A stretch of 64,000 nucleotides of DNA, from positions 77,872,001-77,936,000 of the forward strand of contig OX597823.1 in the NCBI GenBank assembly GCA_951406725.2, in the 5' to 3' direction. The notes below the pieces were generated by a model. The model saw nothing but the letters and a program-made list of their open reading frames with translations. It did not search any database and was not told the DNA's origin. How positions within the stretch are numbered: the stretch's first letter is position 1; each line of letters begins with the position of its first letter. The translations under genes were made by a program, and so were the position numbers. This document shows positions 24,351 to 37,835 of this stretch, in pieces. The DNA comes from Octopus vulgaris (taxonomy: Eukaryota).

Positions 24351-25589
24351 TAAATAAATATATATATATATAGCTATCTGAGAATCCATAAGTCAGGAAA
24401 AATATATGTTCATATATTTCTTAATATATATATATCTGACCAACCCATGCTAGCATGGAACATGGGCATTATGATGATGATCTGCACATAGAAACAAGTA
24501 TTTGTTTTATTTGAAGTTATGCATAAAATACATGTTGCTTATATAGAATATAAGTTGTCGTAAATCTGCATTCATATACATAAGTACACGTAGAGGAACA
24601 AGTATTTGTTTTATATGCAGATATGCATTACATTGTGTTTGTACATCATGAAAGCCTAAAACTATTCAGAAACAGTAATAGAAGATAGACATGTTTACAC
24701 ACACACTTTAGAGTTTGTATATATATATTTGTGTGCATATGTATGTTTTGTATACCTGTGTACCTATGTATGGACGTTAATGTCCTTAATTGTACAAGTA
24801 GTATCTAGTCATCAGTGATGCTTGTATTTACCAATACAACATCAAATCTCTATACCTGTGTGTTTGCTGTATGAAATTTAATGACGTTCTCTTAAGGAGT
24901 CACTTTGGTTTCTAAAATACTGGCTTGGTTGTAAATATTTGTTTGTTTTTTTGTTGTTGTTTTTTTTTCTTATTTTCTCAATGAAGACCAAAATGGTAAA
25001 AGATGGGAATAAGATATGTTTTCAAAACTGTAACAGCACTTTATTGTAAGTAACTATTTCAAGTGAAAACATAAAAATGTTTGGACATATATCACCAAGT
25101 ATAGTTGATATGAATGCCAAGAGTAAGAAGAAGGGGGAAAAAATGTATCTATAAATTATGTCTGTGAATAAACCAATCACACACTGACTCAATGAAGGAG
25201 CCTCTTCTTGGTCTCTTGATATATTAGAAATAACAACCAAATCTCTTTCAAATCCCATGCTATCATATTGGAAAACGAAGGACGTTGTTGATAATGTACT
25301 GAAAACAAAATAGGAATGTGGTGGGCTATGAATGTAATGTCTTTGATTGTAGATTTGCTCAATCTCAGAAGTCCTAGGGTTTAATAACAATAACATCAGC
25401 TTTATTTTACAGCATGCTGTTGGTGACATTATGTCTGTAATAAATTTTCAGTAGTAGAAACCATGCCAAAGCAGACATTAGGTCTTGGTGCAGTCCTCAA
25501 GCAAGTCAGTTTCTATCAACCCATGCCAGCATGTAAAATGTACATTAAATATTTTAATGTTTAATGGTGGTGGTGGTGGTGGTGATGGT

Positions 25590-25775
25590 TTCTAATTTTG
25601 AGGTCAACAATTTTGGGAAGGAGAGTAAATAATTTACATCGACCTTCATAATCAACTCAAACTTATTTTATTGACTCTGAAAGTCGAGCTCAGCAGAATT
25701 TGAACTCAGAACACAAAGACAGATGAGATGCTGCTAAGCATTTTGTCCAGTGTGCTTATGATTCTGCCAGCTCAC
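25590..25775 (-). mobile_element. SINE B, diverged
   Basis: AAAGTCGAGCTCAGCAGAATTTGAACTCAGAAC...GATTCTGCCAGCT. Confidence 0.7.
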
Positions 25776-27261
25776 CATACCACCACCAACAACAACAACC
25801 ACCAAATTCACCACCACCATCTTCTTCACCATCATTATCACCACCACACTGGGTACTATGACAGACACACCATATACCCTGTTAATCACACATTTGTGTG
25901 GTATTGCTTAATCCTTATGGCTTCCAAAGCTAATAATACCTTAAGAAATAGTTCCTCTTAGGCCCCTAGTGTCCATTAACTTTATACCATCAGCCACCAT
26001 TATTAATGCACAAACCACACTAAAAAGATGTTCTTGGGTTTCTTAAGACTTAATTTTCTTCACCCATAAAAGGCCTGAGAGGCCCCAGTATCAGTTGATT
26101 AAATTGTCTCCATTTACTATTGTACTTTTATTAATCACCAGAAGAATTAAAAGCGAAGCCGATGATTATTTTTAATTAAACTATTGAACATCTTATTAAT
26201 CTTGAACCTGTGGCTAAAATATTAATTTTTCTTGTCAACTTCGTATGACAATTTTGTGGATTGTTAATTATTTCCTTTATTGCTATTTTCTTTCTGCGTC
26301 ATAGCATTTATTCTAAGCATTTCTGACCACTTTTAGCGCTCCCTGGTAATTTAACAACTCAGACTGCTGCTCTCATTAAAACTCTTAAATTAACTGCTAC
26401 AATTATCAATTACTGCTCACTATGTTGTATATTGATAGTTTTCCTCTTTTAATCTGCTATTTATCAATCAAATCTAAATTCTAAACCAACTGAAAATGTT
26501 TTTCACATGAAAGAATTAATTATGAATGAATGGAGTGACTTCGATCTGCTAGAAATAGCAGCCAAGTCTTCATCCGATTCAATTTTATTTTCACCCGAGG
26601 AAAGTTCACAGTGGACAGTTTGGTCTAGAGGTGTTTTTTCAGGTATTTTCAGTACCTGAAAAATGAAGAGGTGATCAGTGCTGGAACACTTTGTTAATAA
26701 ATCAGCTCAATCATTACTGACCTAGGGCTTAGCAACAATCAACAATGACAAGGATTCACTAATCTTCACTGTCTTCAATATCCCCCACCACCACCTGTGT
26801 CTCTATCAAATTGACATCATACGACTCTCAGCCATTATTCCCTATTTTTATCTTCAATTTCATCCTCTTTCCTCTCTCTCTTTCTGTCTTGTCTGTTAGT
26901 CCAACTCTCTCTCTCTCTCTCTCTCTCTCCCCACCACCGATTGCCAATAGTCTTTACAACCATGGGAAATGGAACATAGTTTGCAGTTGATGAATAACTA
27001 GTTTATCTAATTTCTGAAATCTTCACAATTTTCGTTTTGAAAACCTCTTTACATATCTCTCATTTAATTGACCTAGAACATGGTCATTCAATTCCAATCA
27101 CTGCCAATTTATGAAAAACTCTTTCCCTTTCAGCAGCTTTCACTATCAGCTTTTACCGATTCTTCTTCTACTTCCTTTGTTCTCTTTTTCTTAACTATTT
27201 TCAATATTGTTAAATTTCAATAAATATTCTCTTTATTTTTATTTCCTGCTATTCTCTGCAG

Positions 27262-27370
27262 AATGAAATTTGTTCACCGATGGAAATAATCAGCGAATAC
27301 TGTTGGCACAATCTATTGTTGGCTTGTGAAAGGGGGATCAACACTATTGAATTATCGAAACTGTACTTGA
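27262..27370 (+). other. Candidate internal exon, 109 bp (coding or UTR)
   Basis: Pyrimidine-rich acceptor TTTCCTGCTATTCTCTGCAG|, donor GA|GTGAGT; phase-0 frame open: NEICSPMEIISEYCWHNLLLACERGINTIELSKLYL; unique sequence. Confidence 0.4.
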
Positions 27371-27746
27371 GTGAGTCTCTCGTTGTACAGCAGAGAGTTA
27401 AACTTCACCCACTTTGTTTCATGTGAAATTCAAAAGCTGTCAGTTAATTCTTAACCTACAGCTCAATTTTTATTCTTCTATATTTATTTCCTTGTTATTA
27501 TTACCAGTAATTTTAATAAAACTTTGGCAAGCTTAATATAAATTACTTTCGTTGTTACTTTTATTAGCATTATTGTTATTATCATTATTATCATTTTCCT
27601 TTCTGTGAGCAGCATTACAGTTGGAATCTGCAAACCTATCTTTTATTACCCATTTGTATCAGCCTTATTTTATTCCCATTGCTAATATCTTTAGAAACGT
27701 CTCGCTGTCATTATGCTTCCTACCATGTATGTAGATAGTTTGATAC

Positions 27747-27832
<86 letters not shown>

Positions 27833-27844
27833 GTATACGTATAC

Positions 27845-28007
27845 ACAGGTGCAGCAGCGGGTGTGTGGTAAGTAGCTTGCTTACCAACCACATGGTTCCA
27901 GGTTCAATCCCACTGCATGGCACCTTGAGCAAATGTTTTCTACTATAGCCTCAGGCTGACCAAAGCCTAATGTGGATTTGGTAGACGGAAACTGAAAGAA
28001 GCCCAAC

Positions 28008-28069
<62 letters not shown>

Positions 28070-28278
28070 TTGTGGGTCTGTGTTTGCCCCTCTCCCCCAA
28101 CATCACTTGACAACCAATGTTGATGTGTCTATGTGCCTGTAACTTAGCAGTTCGGCAAAAGAGACTGATAGAATAAGTACTAGGCTTACAAAGAATAAGT
28201 TCTGGGGTTGATTTGTTTGACTAAAGGCAGTGCTCCAGCATGACTGCAATCAAATGACTGAAACAAATAAATAAGTAA
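27845..28278 (+). mobile_element. SINE family A, full length, inserted in (TA)n
   Basis: Colinear with 23962-24350. Confidence 0.92.
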
Positions 28279-28370
28279 ATGAATATATATATATATAATG
28301 TATATATGTATATATATACAGTTGTTGTTCATGTTTAATCCTAGGTCGTTGACCTAGGATTAGGTCAAAC

Positions 28371-28439
<69 letters not shown>

Positions 28440-29624
28440 TGATATCCACCAGACTATCAGATGTGGTTATACATTGCTGGTCATGATGCGGTTTTGTATC
28501 ATTTTAACTTTTGAATGATATCACCCCATTGGCTACACGCACTGGCCAACATTCCCCTTGATTGGAAGACTAGTCTCTTGCAGAGCTACTCATCAAGAGT
28601 TGAATGGATTGGAGCAATGTGGAATGAAGTGTTTTACTCAAGAATACAACATGCAGCCAATCTGAGAATCGAAATCACAATCTCTTAATTGTAAATACAG
28701 CACCCTTAACCACTAGGCCATGTGTCTTCACACACACATGCATTATATTTACACACACATATGTACAATTATCATCATCTCCATCAGTTTTCCCATCTCT
28801 GCTTTTTCCATGTTGACATGGCTCAAATAAGACTTCTTGAGGCAGCATTCTGCTGCCTGATGCTCTCTCTGATGCCAACCCTTACTTAATTTAGAGTGAG
28901 GTTCTTCATTCTGATGGTGTCCTTTATACCTGGAATCACCCAGGAGTATGTTTTGTTTATGGTGGATACAAAATACATCATCACTATCTAAGCAGTGTGA
29001 ATGCAAAGTGAATTCATGCACAGCACATACTTATACGTACATATAAATGTGTATATGCGTGTATATGTGTGTGTTGAAGAACTACTGTTTTGAATGAGGT
29101 AGCATGACAGTTAACCAATGCTTAGAACTCTATGTAAATCTTTGTATATCCAAATTCTTACAGAATATTAAGCATTATTTGTCTGGCGTTTCAATCTTAT
29201 ACAATTAACTGCATTACAAATACCGCAGAACATAGTAGCATTTGTTGGTGAAGCATGTAAAGATTAGGTAATTTATAAGATGGTATAATAAAAAAAATTC
29301 AACTAACTCTCCTGTATTATTCTACTCATATATATTATGTATATATATATATATATATATATACACATACACACAAATGCACACATATAAATATACATAT
29401 ATATATACATATACATACATATATATGCATATATATATACATATATGTATATATATATACATATATATATATACGCTAAATGATGATGATGATGATGATG
29501 ATGATATATATATATATATATATATAGTAGGGAATATATTATAGTATATTTAAATTTTTTCTATTTAATATGGAAAATGTCCTTCACTATTGAATTGCTT
29601 AATAGAGGTTATTTCTCTTAATTA

Positions 29625-29902
<278 letters not shown>

Positions 29903-30388
29903 CATACACACACACATACTCACACACACCTCTATCTGTGCATAAACAAATGTTGATATCCTGTAGTTTCACTTGAGCAAAATGATTTTCATTCATTTTC
30001 AACATTATAACTTGTTGCTTTGCATTTTCAAAGACCTGTGGCATAAAAAAATCTCTTACTTGTAAAAAAAATTTAGTATTGGTGACAATAGTAGCATCCA
30101 GCCATAAAATTCTGTTCCAAATAAATACCAGTTGAATCCATAGCAGCATGGAAAAAAATGTATTTTAAATAAATGAAAATCTATTCTTTCGATATTTTGC
30201 AAGGGTTACGAGTATTGGCATATTTTTCTAATGTATTAAAATCTTACTGGGCTGGTTATGTTGCCTGTTTGTATCTTTACTCCAGTTATGAGATTGACAG
30301 AATCAGATAAGTTTAGAACAAAATTCAGACAGAGGCCAAGTTAACCTTTAGTTGGTCAGCATTTGATAAAACATAGTACAGTTTGAGT

Positions 30389-30841
30389 CAGTGGTGGTCT
30401 GGCCAGGTTGCCAGCTTGATTGATGGCAAGTGGGTCCCTGTGCCATTAGAATCTATATATGAAGGCCCATGTTAATATCTAAGGGGAGAGTTTATGGAAA
30501 AAGCAAGAAATCGAAGACAGGTGGTGCACAAAACAAACAGATGTATTAATATAACGCTCAGGAATTGAAAAAGTCTTTTATGTTTCGAGCTTACACTCTT
30601 CTACAGAAAGGGACACAGAAAAAAACAAGGAGAGAAAAAAAATGTGTAAGGGGCCCATCCCCTCAAGTTTGAGAACTTTTTTTTCACTCCTGGACATTAA
30701 TTATTTCAGCCAGTCTGTGTTTGTAGACAATTGAAAAGAATACTTCCAAAAAAAAAAAGAAATTAAATGTTAGCATTGTAGTTGCGGGTGGGCCCCCTTA
30801 GTCTCCTGGCAACCAATACTTTTAGACCCAGTCCACCACTG
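30389..30841. mobile_element. hAT-type MITE, copy 2, carrying a 160-bp insertion
   Basis: TIRs CAGTGGTGGTCTGG / CCAGTCCACCACTG; TSD GTTTGAGT/GTTCAAGT. Confidence 0.88.
30487..30646 (-). mobile_element. 160-bp non-coding element with variant hammerhead core and 7-bp TSD
   Basis: TAAGGGG duplicated at 30480-30486 and 30647-30653 but single in the paralogue at about 23403; minus strand cttt CTGTAGA a gagt gtaa gctc GAAA ca TA aaag (30575-30610). Confidence 0.8.
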
Positions 30842-31259
30842 GTTCAAGTATTATCGTTAATTCACTTGTCTGAATTAGAAAATAATAATTGATGTAAGTC
30901 ACTTGTTGTTGATCAATATTTCTCCATTTTCTGTTTACTTTAAAGTTATATACATTCAGCTCTGAGCTGAAACTAGAAAAAAAATATATATATATATATA
31001 TATATATCCAAAATTATATAATTATAAATAGAAATTAAAATATTTTTTATTTGATATTTATTCATAATTTTGATAATAATTATCAATACTAACAACCAAA
31101 GAATCGTTTATTTAAGATATTCAGAGATACTTCAAAACAGTATCATTTTTATAATATTTTCCTTTCTACTCATGTTATGACCATGTTCTGCTGATATATA
31201 AAAGTATTACATATATCAACAAAAATACATTCTTAGTGTATCCAGAGCAAACTATTTGT

Positions 31260-32105
31260 AGAACATTATTGAAGCAAGTAAGAAGAATAATTATCTCAGG
31301 GCTGTATTTGCAAGTGATCAGAGCCAGGAGGCTGAATTGGATGCCATAATTGATTGCAGGTGCTGGTATAATGCCAGCTTCTGCATTTGATCTTCAGAAG
31401 TGGGGAGACCGGTGAAAAGTCAAACTTACTATCTTCAGTTTGGTTCCGTACCTATCCTTGCATATCATAACTGTTGGGTAATGATTGAAAGCATACAGTC
31501 ATGAATACAACATGTTGAAACAGATTTTATTCAAAGGATCTCTGGAATAATATTACTTGACAGAGCATATAGCTCAGAGATCAGAGCATTTCTCCTGGGC
31601 AAGCCACTACTTCTCTGCATTGAGAGATCATAGCTTTAGTACTATGGACATGTGGTAAGAATGCCCCAAGAAAATATTGCAAGACACATTCTTCAAAGTA
31701 AGCCAATCAGTTGTTGTTGTTGTTGTTAAGCAACAAAACGAGTAAGGGTGATTAGGTGATGGTCTAGGGCTTAGGGCGGGAGACCCCAGACCTTGGAAAA
31801 AAGAAAAAGACTTTGGTCGTCTTGTTGTAGTCGAGAGCTCTTCATTGACGCCCGACACTACTGGGAGGTGGCCCTCAAAGTCGCTGGAATTGGAGATCCC
31901 AGGGCCAAATTCTTGAATGGCAGCCAACCAGTTGAAGACCAGGGGTAAACCAAGAACGAGATGGCTGGATAATATGCTTAGTCTCAGTTGGTCCTACTTG
32001 GGAATCCAGTAGGGAAGTAAAATGATGATTGCTTCTGATAGGACTCTGTGGAGGTGGTACTTGAAAACTCTGTTCTTACAGCCATCCAAGAAATGGTCGG
32101 TGCTA
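31260..32105 (+). mobile_element. RTE-clade LINE 3' fragment (decayed), interrupted at 31714-31921
   Basis: Translated blocks YLRAVFASD..., CWVMIESIQS*IQHVETDFIQRISG..LLDR, LLCIERS*L*YYGHVVRMP, GKPRTRWLD, DRTLWR. Confidence 0.85.
31714..31921 (-). mobile_element. 5'-truncated retroposon 3' end with (CAA)n tail, nested in the RTE
   Basis: 13-bp TSD AGCCAA(T/C)CAGTTG at 31701-31713 and 31922-31934. Confidence 0.75.
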
Positions 32106-32112
32106 AGAATGC

Positions 32113-32450
32113 GTCATTCATTCATTGTTCAACCATGGTCGAGACAATGGAATTTACTATGTTACGCCAGACTTCATGGTCCATCATAGCATTATGGAGG
32201 TCCTGTTGCTGGATGCCTGTATCCCAGGAGATTACATCAGGGTAGGAGAGTGTGCGCCCTCTGGTATTGCGAGCAGATGGCTTCCAGAGGAGAAGAGTAG
32301 AAATTACTCCGTTTTCAGCTCTACAACAATGTCCAGCAAACTGGATTCTTCTACCTTTCCCAAGAGATGATACAGGTGGTAGTTTCCCATATATTTGTAC
32401 TTTGGTTGGATGACACTTCCACGAGAGATTTTGAGCTCTCATAAGAATGC
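32113..32450 (-). mobile_element. RTE-like LINE 3' fragment (second family) with (TGAA)n tail
   Basis: ORF 32122-32460: LMRAQNLSWK.HPTK..IYGKLPPVS...RRIQFAGHC.R...LLLWKP...GRTLSYPDVI...AMMD..VWR. Confidence 0.85.
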
Positions 32451-32935
32451 ATGGATACAATACTGAATCTTGTCTAAATTGCCAATTCTTTTACTGTGTT
32501 TTCATAATTTCAAATGTATTTTACCGAACTGTATTTCATTTTTGGACATCTAGTGTATTTAGAAGAAACATTTATTTTCTTGACAATTGGTTTCCAGGCA
32601 TATTTCCATTCTACTTTTTCACATTTAAATTATTTCACTTTTCCAATGATTGTCTCAACAGACATCTCAACTCCACTGCTGTGTCTAATATTTTTATTCA
32701 AATTTTTCCTTTACATTTGTTTTTATATTAATTATAATCACATGCATATAAACAAGATGTCACTATTTGTTCTCTAGAGCAACTGCTGTAACTACATTAG
32801 TTAGATGATGATAAATCTGTTCAGACTAGGAATGAAGTATCTTGTGGTATTTTTCCTAATGCTCTATACTCTGAGTTCAAATACTGCTAAGGTTGACTTT
32901 GCCTTCGTCCTTTCAGGATGGATAAGTAAAGTACC

Positions 32936-33167
32936 TATTTCTTTACTACCCACAAGGAGCTAAAACATAGAGGGGACAAACAAGGACAGACAAATGGATT
33001 AAGTCGATTACATCGACCCTAGTGTGCAACTGGTACTTAATTTATCGACCCCGAAAGGATGAAAGGCAAAGTCGATCTCGATGGAATTTGAACTCAGAAC
33101 GTAATGGCAGACGAAATACGGCTACACATTTTGCCCAGTGTGCTAACGTTTCTGCTAGCTTGCCGCC
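32936..33167 (-). mobile_element. Younger SINE B inserted antisense into an older SINE B (about 32835-33195, +), 25-bp TSD
   Basis: TTTCAGGATGGAT(A/T)AGTAAAGTACC at 32911-32935 and 33168-33192. Confidence 0.9.
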
Positions 33168-33919
33168 TTTCAGGATGGATTAGTAAAGTACCAGTCAAAG
33201 ATGGTATATTGCCAAAATTACTGAAGATTGGGTTAGATATTAGTAACATGTGTTCTGGTTATTTGCCTTCTGAGTTCAAATTTGGCTTAGGTCAACTTTC
33301 TTTTTCATCCTCTTAGAGTCATTACAAGAAAAAACACAGTCTAGGGCAAGGGTCAGCATTAGATGAGAAGTCTTGTGGTATTTTGTTTGGTTCTTTTATT
33401 CTCTGAGTTCTTAAGGGATTGATTTAATCCATTAACTGCTTTAACACTATCTCCTGGTCCTTAGGTGACTTCAGTAGAATTCATTCTGTTGCCAGCATTC
33501 AAATCAGGTCTTTACTTCAGAGATAACATCTTTTCTCCCCCACCCATCACCAGTACTGGAGCCCTGTCTCGAAATAAAATAAAAACAAGCATATAGATAA
33601 CCATAAAAAAAAAAAATTATAATTGCTTCGAATTTTAGCGCAAGGCCAGCAATTTTAGTGGAAGGATGTAAGTTGATTTCATTGACACTAACTCCCCCAC
33701 CTCCTGTGTCCAACCAGTACCTTTTTCCTCAATCTTGCACGATCGTGGAAAAATCCTGAAAGGATGAAAAACAAAGTCAACTTCTGTGAAATTTGAACTC
33801 AAAATGTAAAGAGCCAGAAGACATACCAGTAAGCTTTTTATCTGTCTCTTACAATTCTGCCAGTTTGATGTCTTATAATAATAATAATAATAATAATGAT
33901 GATAATGATAATAATAATA

Positions 33920-34425
33920 AAGGTCACAGAGAACGAGAAAGCAACCATACTCTGGGATATGCCAATACACATGGATAGAGAAATTAAGGTCAACAGACCA
34001 GATATAGTTGTCAGAGATCATGAAGAAAAAAAATGCTTTCTAATTGATGTATCAATACCAGCAGTTGACAACGTGTCTCTAAAAGAAATGGAGAAACTTT
34101 CAAAATTCAAAGACCTGGAAATAGAGGTAACCAGAATGTGGAATCTAAAAACAGAAACAATTCCTATCATAGTAGGTGCATTAGGCATGATAAAAAAATA
34201 TTCAGACAAATACATAACAAAAACACCAGGACTTACAAACACATATAACATACAGAAAATTGCACTACTAGGCACTGCACACATCCTACACAGAACACTT
34301 TCCATACAATAACCATCAGAGCATCACAACAAATTACAGCACATACCCAAGGCACACAGAGCTGCGGTCAGTAGTAAAGTGAAAGCACGCTATAAAAATA
34401 AAACTACTGAATGATAAAAATAATA
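33920..34425 (+). mobile_element. R4/Dong-like non-LTR retrotransposon 3' end (restriction-like endonuclease) inserted in (TAA)n
   Basis: ORF 33896-34312: ILWD.PI..DREIK.NRPDIVV.D...CFLIDVSIP.......KE.EK.SK.KDL..E..RMW......PIIVGALG = PD-(D/E)xK RLE domain; flanked by TAA repeats, the known Dong target. Confidence 0.88.
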
Positions 34426-35987
34426 AAAGATGGGCTACGGCAAATATTTTGCTCAATGCCACAGATTTGCTTGACCTTAACCAGATGAGCATGTCCCTTA
34501 TAGGCTGATGATATGTGCATCTCTGATCACGAGCAGATGAAATACTGCTTAGCATTTTGCCTGGCATGGTAACAATTCTGCCAGATCACTGTCTTCCTTA
34601 ATATCTTTAGAAAATTTTTCTTGTTTAGGTGTTTCACTAAGTTACTTTTTCTGTACTTAACTGTAGCAACATTTGTTATGTTGTAGCAATTCCAGTTATG
34701 GTTCAAAGAACTCCTGAGTTTCAAAATTATTTTTTTAATATCTCCAACATTCAGATCCCCCTGTTAAATGCAATCTTATGCTAAGACTATGTTTTATTTT
34801 GATTTTTGTTATTGTTGTTGTTGGTTTTTTTTTATCCTTTCTTGTACTTTATTCCCATCCTGTTATATGTCTATCCCTGCAACATTTCATTTGTCATTGT
34901 TATTTTATTTTTTTAAATTATAGACTGAAATTGTGAGAGAGTATAAGTGTTTTAATTGTTCTTTAACCCCAGGAAAGATTTGTTCAAGTAGACCCCTGAG
35001 CAAAACAAAGGTGTTATAACCATAACAATGACTATTTAATATCCAAGACTGCATCATCCAATGTGTCCTTCTTAAAAGATGGTGGGATATAATTTAGGGG
35101 TGATTTGACTGCTGTTTCTAGCATAGAAATTCCCCATTAAAGTATAGCGATTCCAACTATCTGGCTGTCAACCAGTTTCTGTTGCTAAATTATTTTTAGT
35201 TATTGTTGTTTGATATCCACATCAACCCTGATTGAGCAAACCTTTAAATAAAGATATTCCATCTATGAATACCATTTTCTTTTAAAGTAGTGTGTATCTA
35301 AGATCACATTTTCTAATTACTCTGCTTACAATTTAAGACAGTAGATTGTGATATTGTGATATGAGGGAGATTTGGGTGTTATTTTTACCAAGTCCAATGA
35401 CAGCATTGAGCAGTGACTTACAGTCTTTAATTCACAGTGAACTTTGGAATAAATAGGAATATTTTTGTTCAGGGATATAAACAAACCTACACAAGTTGTC
35501 AAACTCTATGTGTGTGTGGTTGTGGTTGTGGGGCGTGCATGCACACACACACACACACACACAGTGCATTGTTCTATTATTGGTTGGATCAACAACAAAA
35601 AATGTCCTCTATTCAGTGAGGGATAAACATAATTTAATAAACAAAGGATTTAAACATGAAGTTTCATGCTCTAATAGTACAGTAATCATATGAACTTGCA
35701 CAACATGCCAATATATATATATATATATAGATACATACATACATATGTACATACATACACACACATGCATAACAGGCTTCCATACAGTTTTCATTTACCA
35801 AGCTCATTCATTTGACATTTGTCAGACCAGAGCTTATAGTAGAAGACACTTGCCCAAGGTGTGTGCAGTGGAACTGAACCTGAAGCCATGTGATTTCAAA
35901 GAAAGTTTGCTAACTTCAGAAACATGCCTGCACCTACAAATACAAATCTAAAACAAATCTGAATTCAAGTCTTGGTCATAGATTTTC

Positions 35988-36282
35988 TGTCGTTGCCAGT
36001 GCCACTGGACTGGCTCCTGTGTAGGTAGCACATAAAAAGTATCATTTGAGCATGGCTGCTGCCAGTACTGCCTGACTGGCCCTCATGCTGGTGGCACGTG
36101 AAAGCACCCACTACACTCTTGGAATGGTTGGCATTAGGAAGGGCATCCAGCTGTAGAAACCCTGCCAGATCAGATTGGAGTCTGGTGCAGCCATCTGGTT
36201 CGCCAGACTTCAGTCAAATCGTCCAACCCATGCCAGCATGGAAAGTGAACGTTAAATGATGTTGATGATGATGATGATGATT
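35988..36282 (+). mobile_element. Family C element
   Basis: Internal TTGCCAGT.C..CTG.ACTGGC subrepeats and (GAT)n tail. Confidence 0.88.
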
Positions 36283-37212
36283 ATTCAGAACTAACTTCTC
36301 TTACCCCAAATCGGTTTTTTTCATCCAGCCATTGAAATTCATATATCTATCCAAAATTCTAATCTCTTAGCATATCAAAATTGCTAAAAAAACAAGGTCC
36401 TTCTAGAGGACACATTTTTTATTAACTATTTGCCATTACTCCTCACATAAATCATATTTAAAAACCAAACTGACCCATTTTACTTCTCTCACTTCTCTCT
36501 ATATATGCCTTTCTTATTTTTCCTCTCACCATCTTCACTCTTTGCTGTTTACTGTCAAGCCTGTCCTCCTTTGTCTTAGCATAAATTCTTCTTCTGGCTG
36601 TTATTACTAACCCACATGCAATGAAAACTTAAAGAAGGAATATCAATCTATTCTAGGAATGGGTTCCAGTGTAGCGAGCCAGGGAACAAGACATTTTATA
36701 GGTAGATAATCATTATTTCATTCACTGTTGTCTGCTCATTGACCAGCCACTGTCTTTCAAAATAAAACACAGATGTTTGTTGTAGATAGTAGCAAATGAA
36801 ATATTTCCAATGTAAACAAATGTAGATTCTTTTCTTTCTATCCTTAGCATGTTTCACTTATAATATTTATGTAATTTAGCCACCTAAATTGACCTACTTA
36901 AATAATAAATAATATATGGATATCTTTTCAGTTTAAACATCTGTCCTGGAGGTTAAACTATAATATTCTTTCATATTAATTAGTAATAATACGTTTTGTC
37001 AAAAATAATATAGTTGCAGAAATAACTAGTAAGATAAATAAACATTTGCTTAGGACACCATGGGAAGTGGTTACCACAAAGCTATTTCCAGTGCTGGATC
37101 TTTCATGGGGCAAAAGTTACAGCTGAACCAAATAAGGGAAAATAAAATGACATATAAATAAACACATGTATATACTACAGAAAAATCAATAATAAAATAT
37201 ATAAAATATTAC

Positions 37213-37449
37213 TTATTTCTTTATTGCCCACAAGGGGCTAAAACATAGAGGGGACAAACAAGGACAGACAAAGGGATTAAGTCGATTATATTGACCCCAG
37301 TGTGTAACTGGTACTTAATTTATCGACCCCGAAAGGATGAAAGGCAAAGTCGACCTCGGCGGAATTTGAACTCAGAACGTAACGGCAGACGAAATACCGC
37401 TAAGCATTTCGCCTGGTGTGATAACGTTTCTGCCAGTTCGCCACTTTAC
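37213..37449 (-). mobile_element. SINE B, young full-length copy
   Basis: CpG-rich consensus-like copy; flanks share CAATAATAAAATAT (TSD-like). Confidence 0.92.
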
Positions 37450-37835
37450 CAATAATAAAATATTACCATTAATGCTATTGCAGTATTGAAGAAGTTAATG
37501 ATATATTTTCAATGTAGGAAGCCAACAAAATTTGTAATTCAGTGACAGCTACACAGGGCAACCTAAATGGCTTATTTCATTATGATTCAGTGATGGTAAT
37601 GCAGCAGTCCCTGCCACTTGAGATACATGATGGTCTGTGTCTTGATGAGTATTGTAAATGGGTGAATGTAGCATTTTGTAGATTATACTGCTTTAGCCAA
37701 ACAGTCATGAGTAATACTGGTTGTCATAGAAAACACCTTGAGAATTTGGTTTTGAGGATTGATCGAAAGACGTTTGAGAGAAAACATTTTAAAATATAAA
37801 TTAGGATATAAGCAGGCAACAGCTAGTATAATTAC

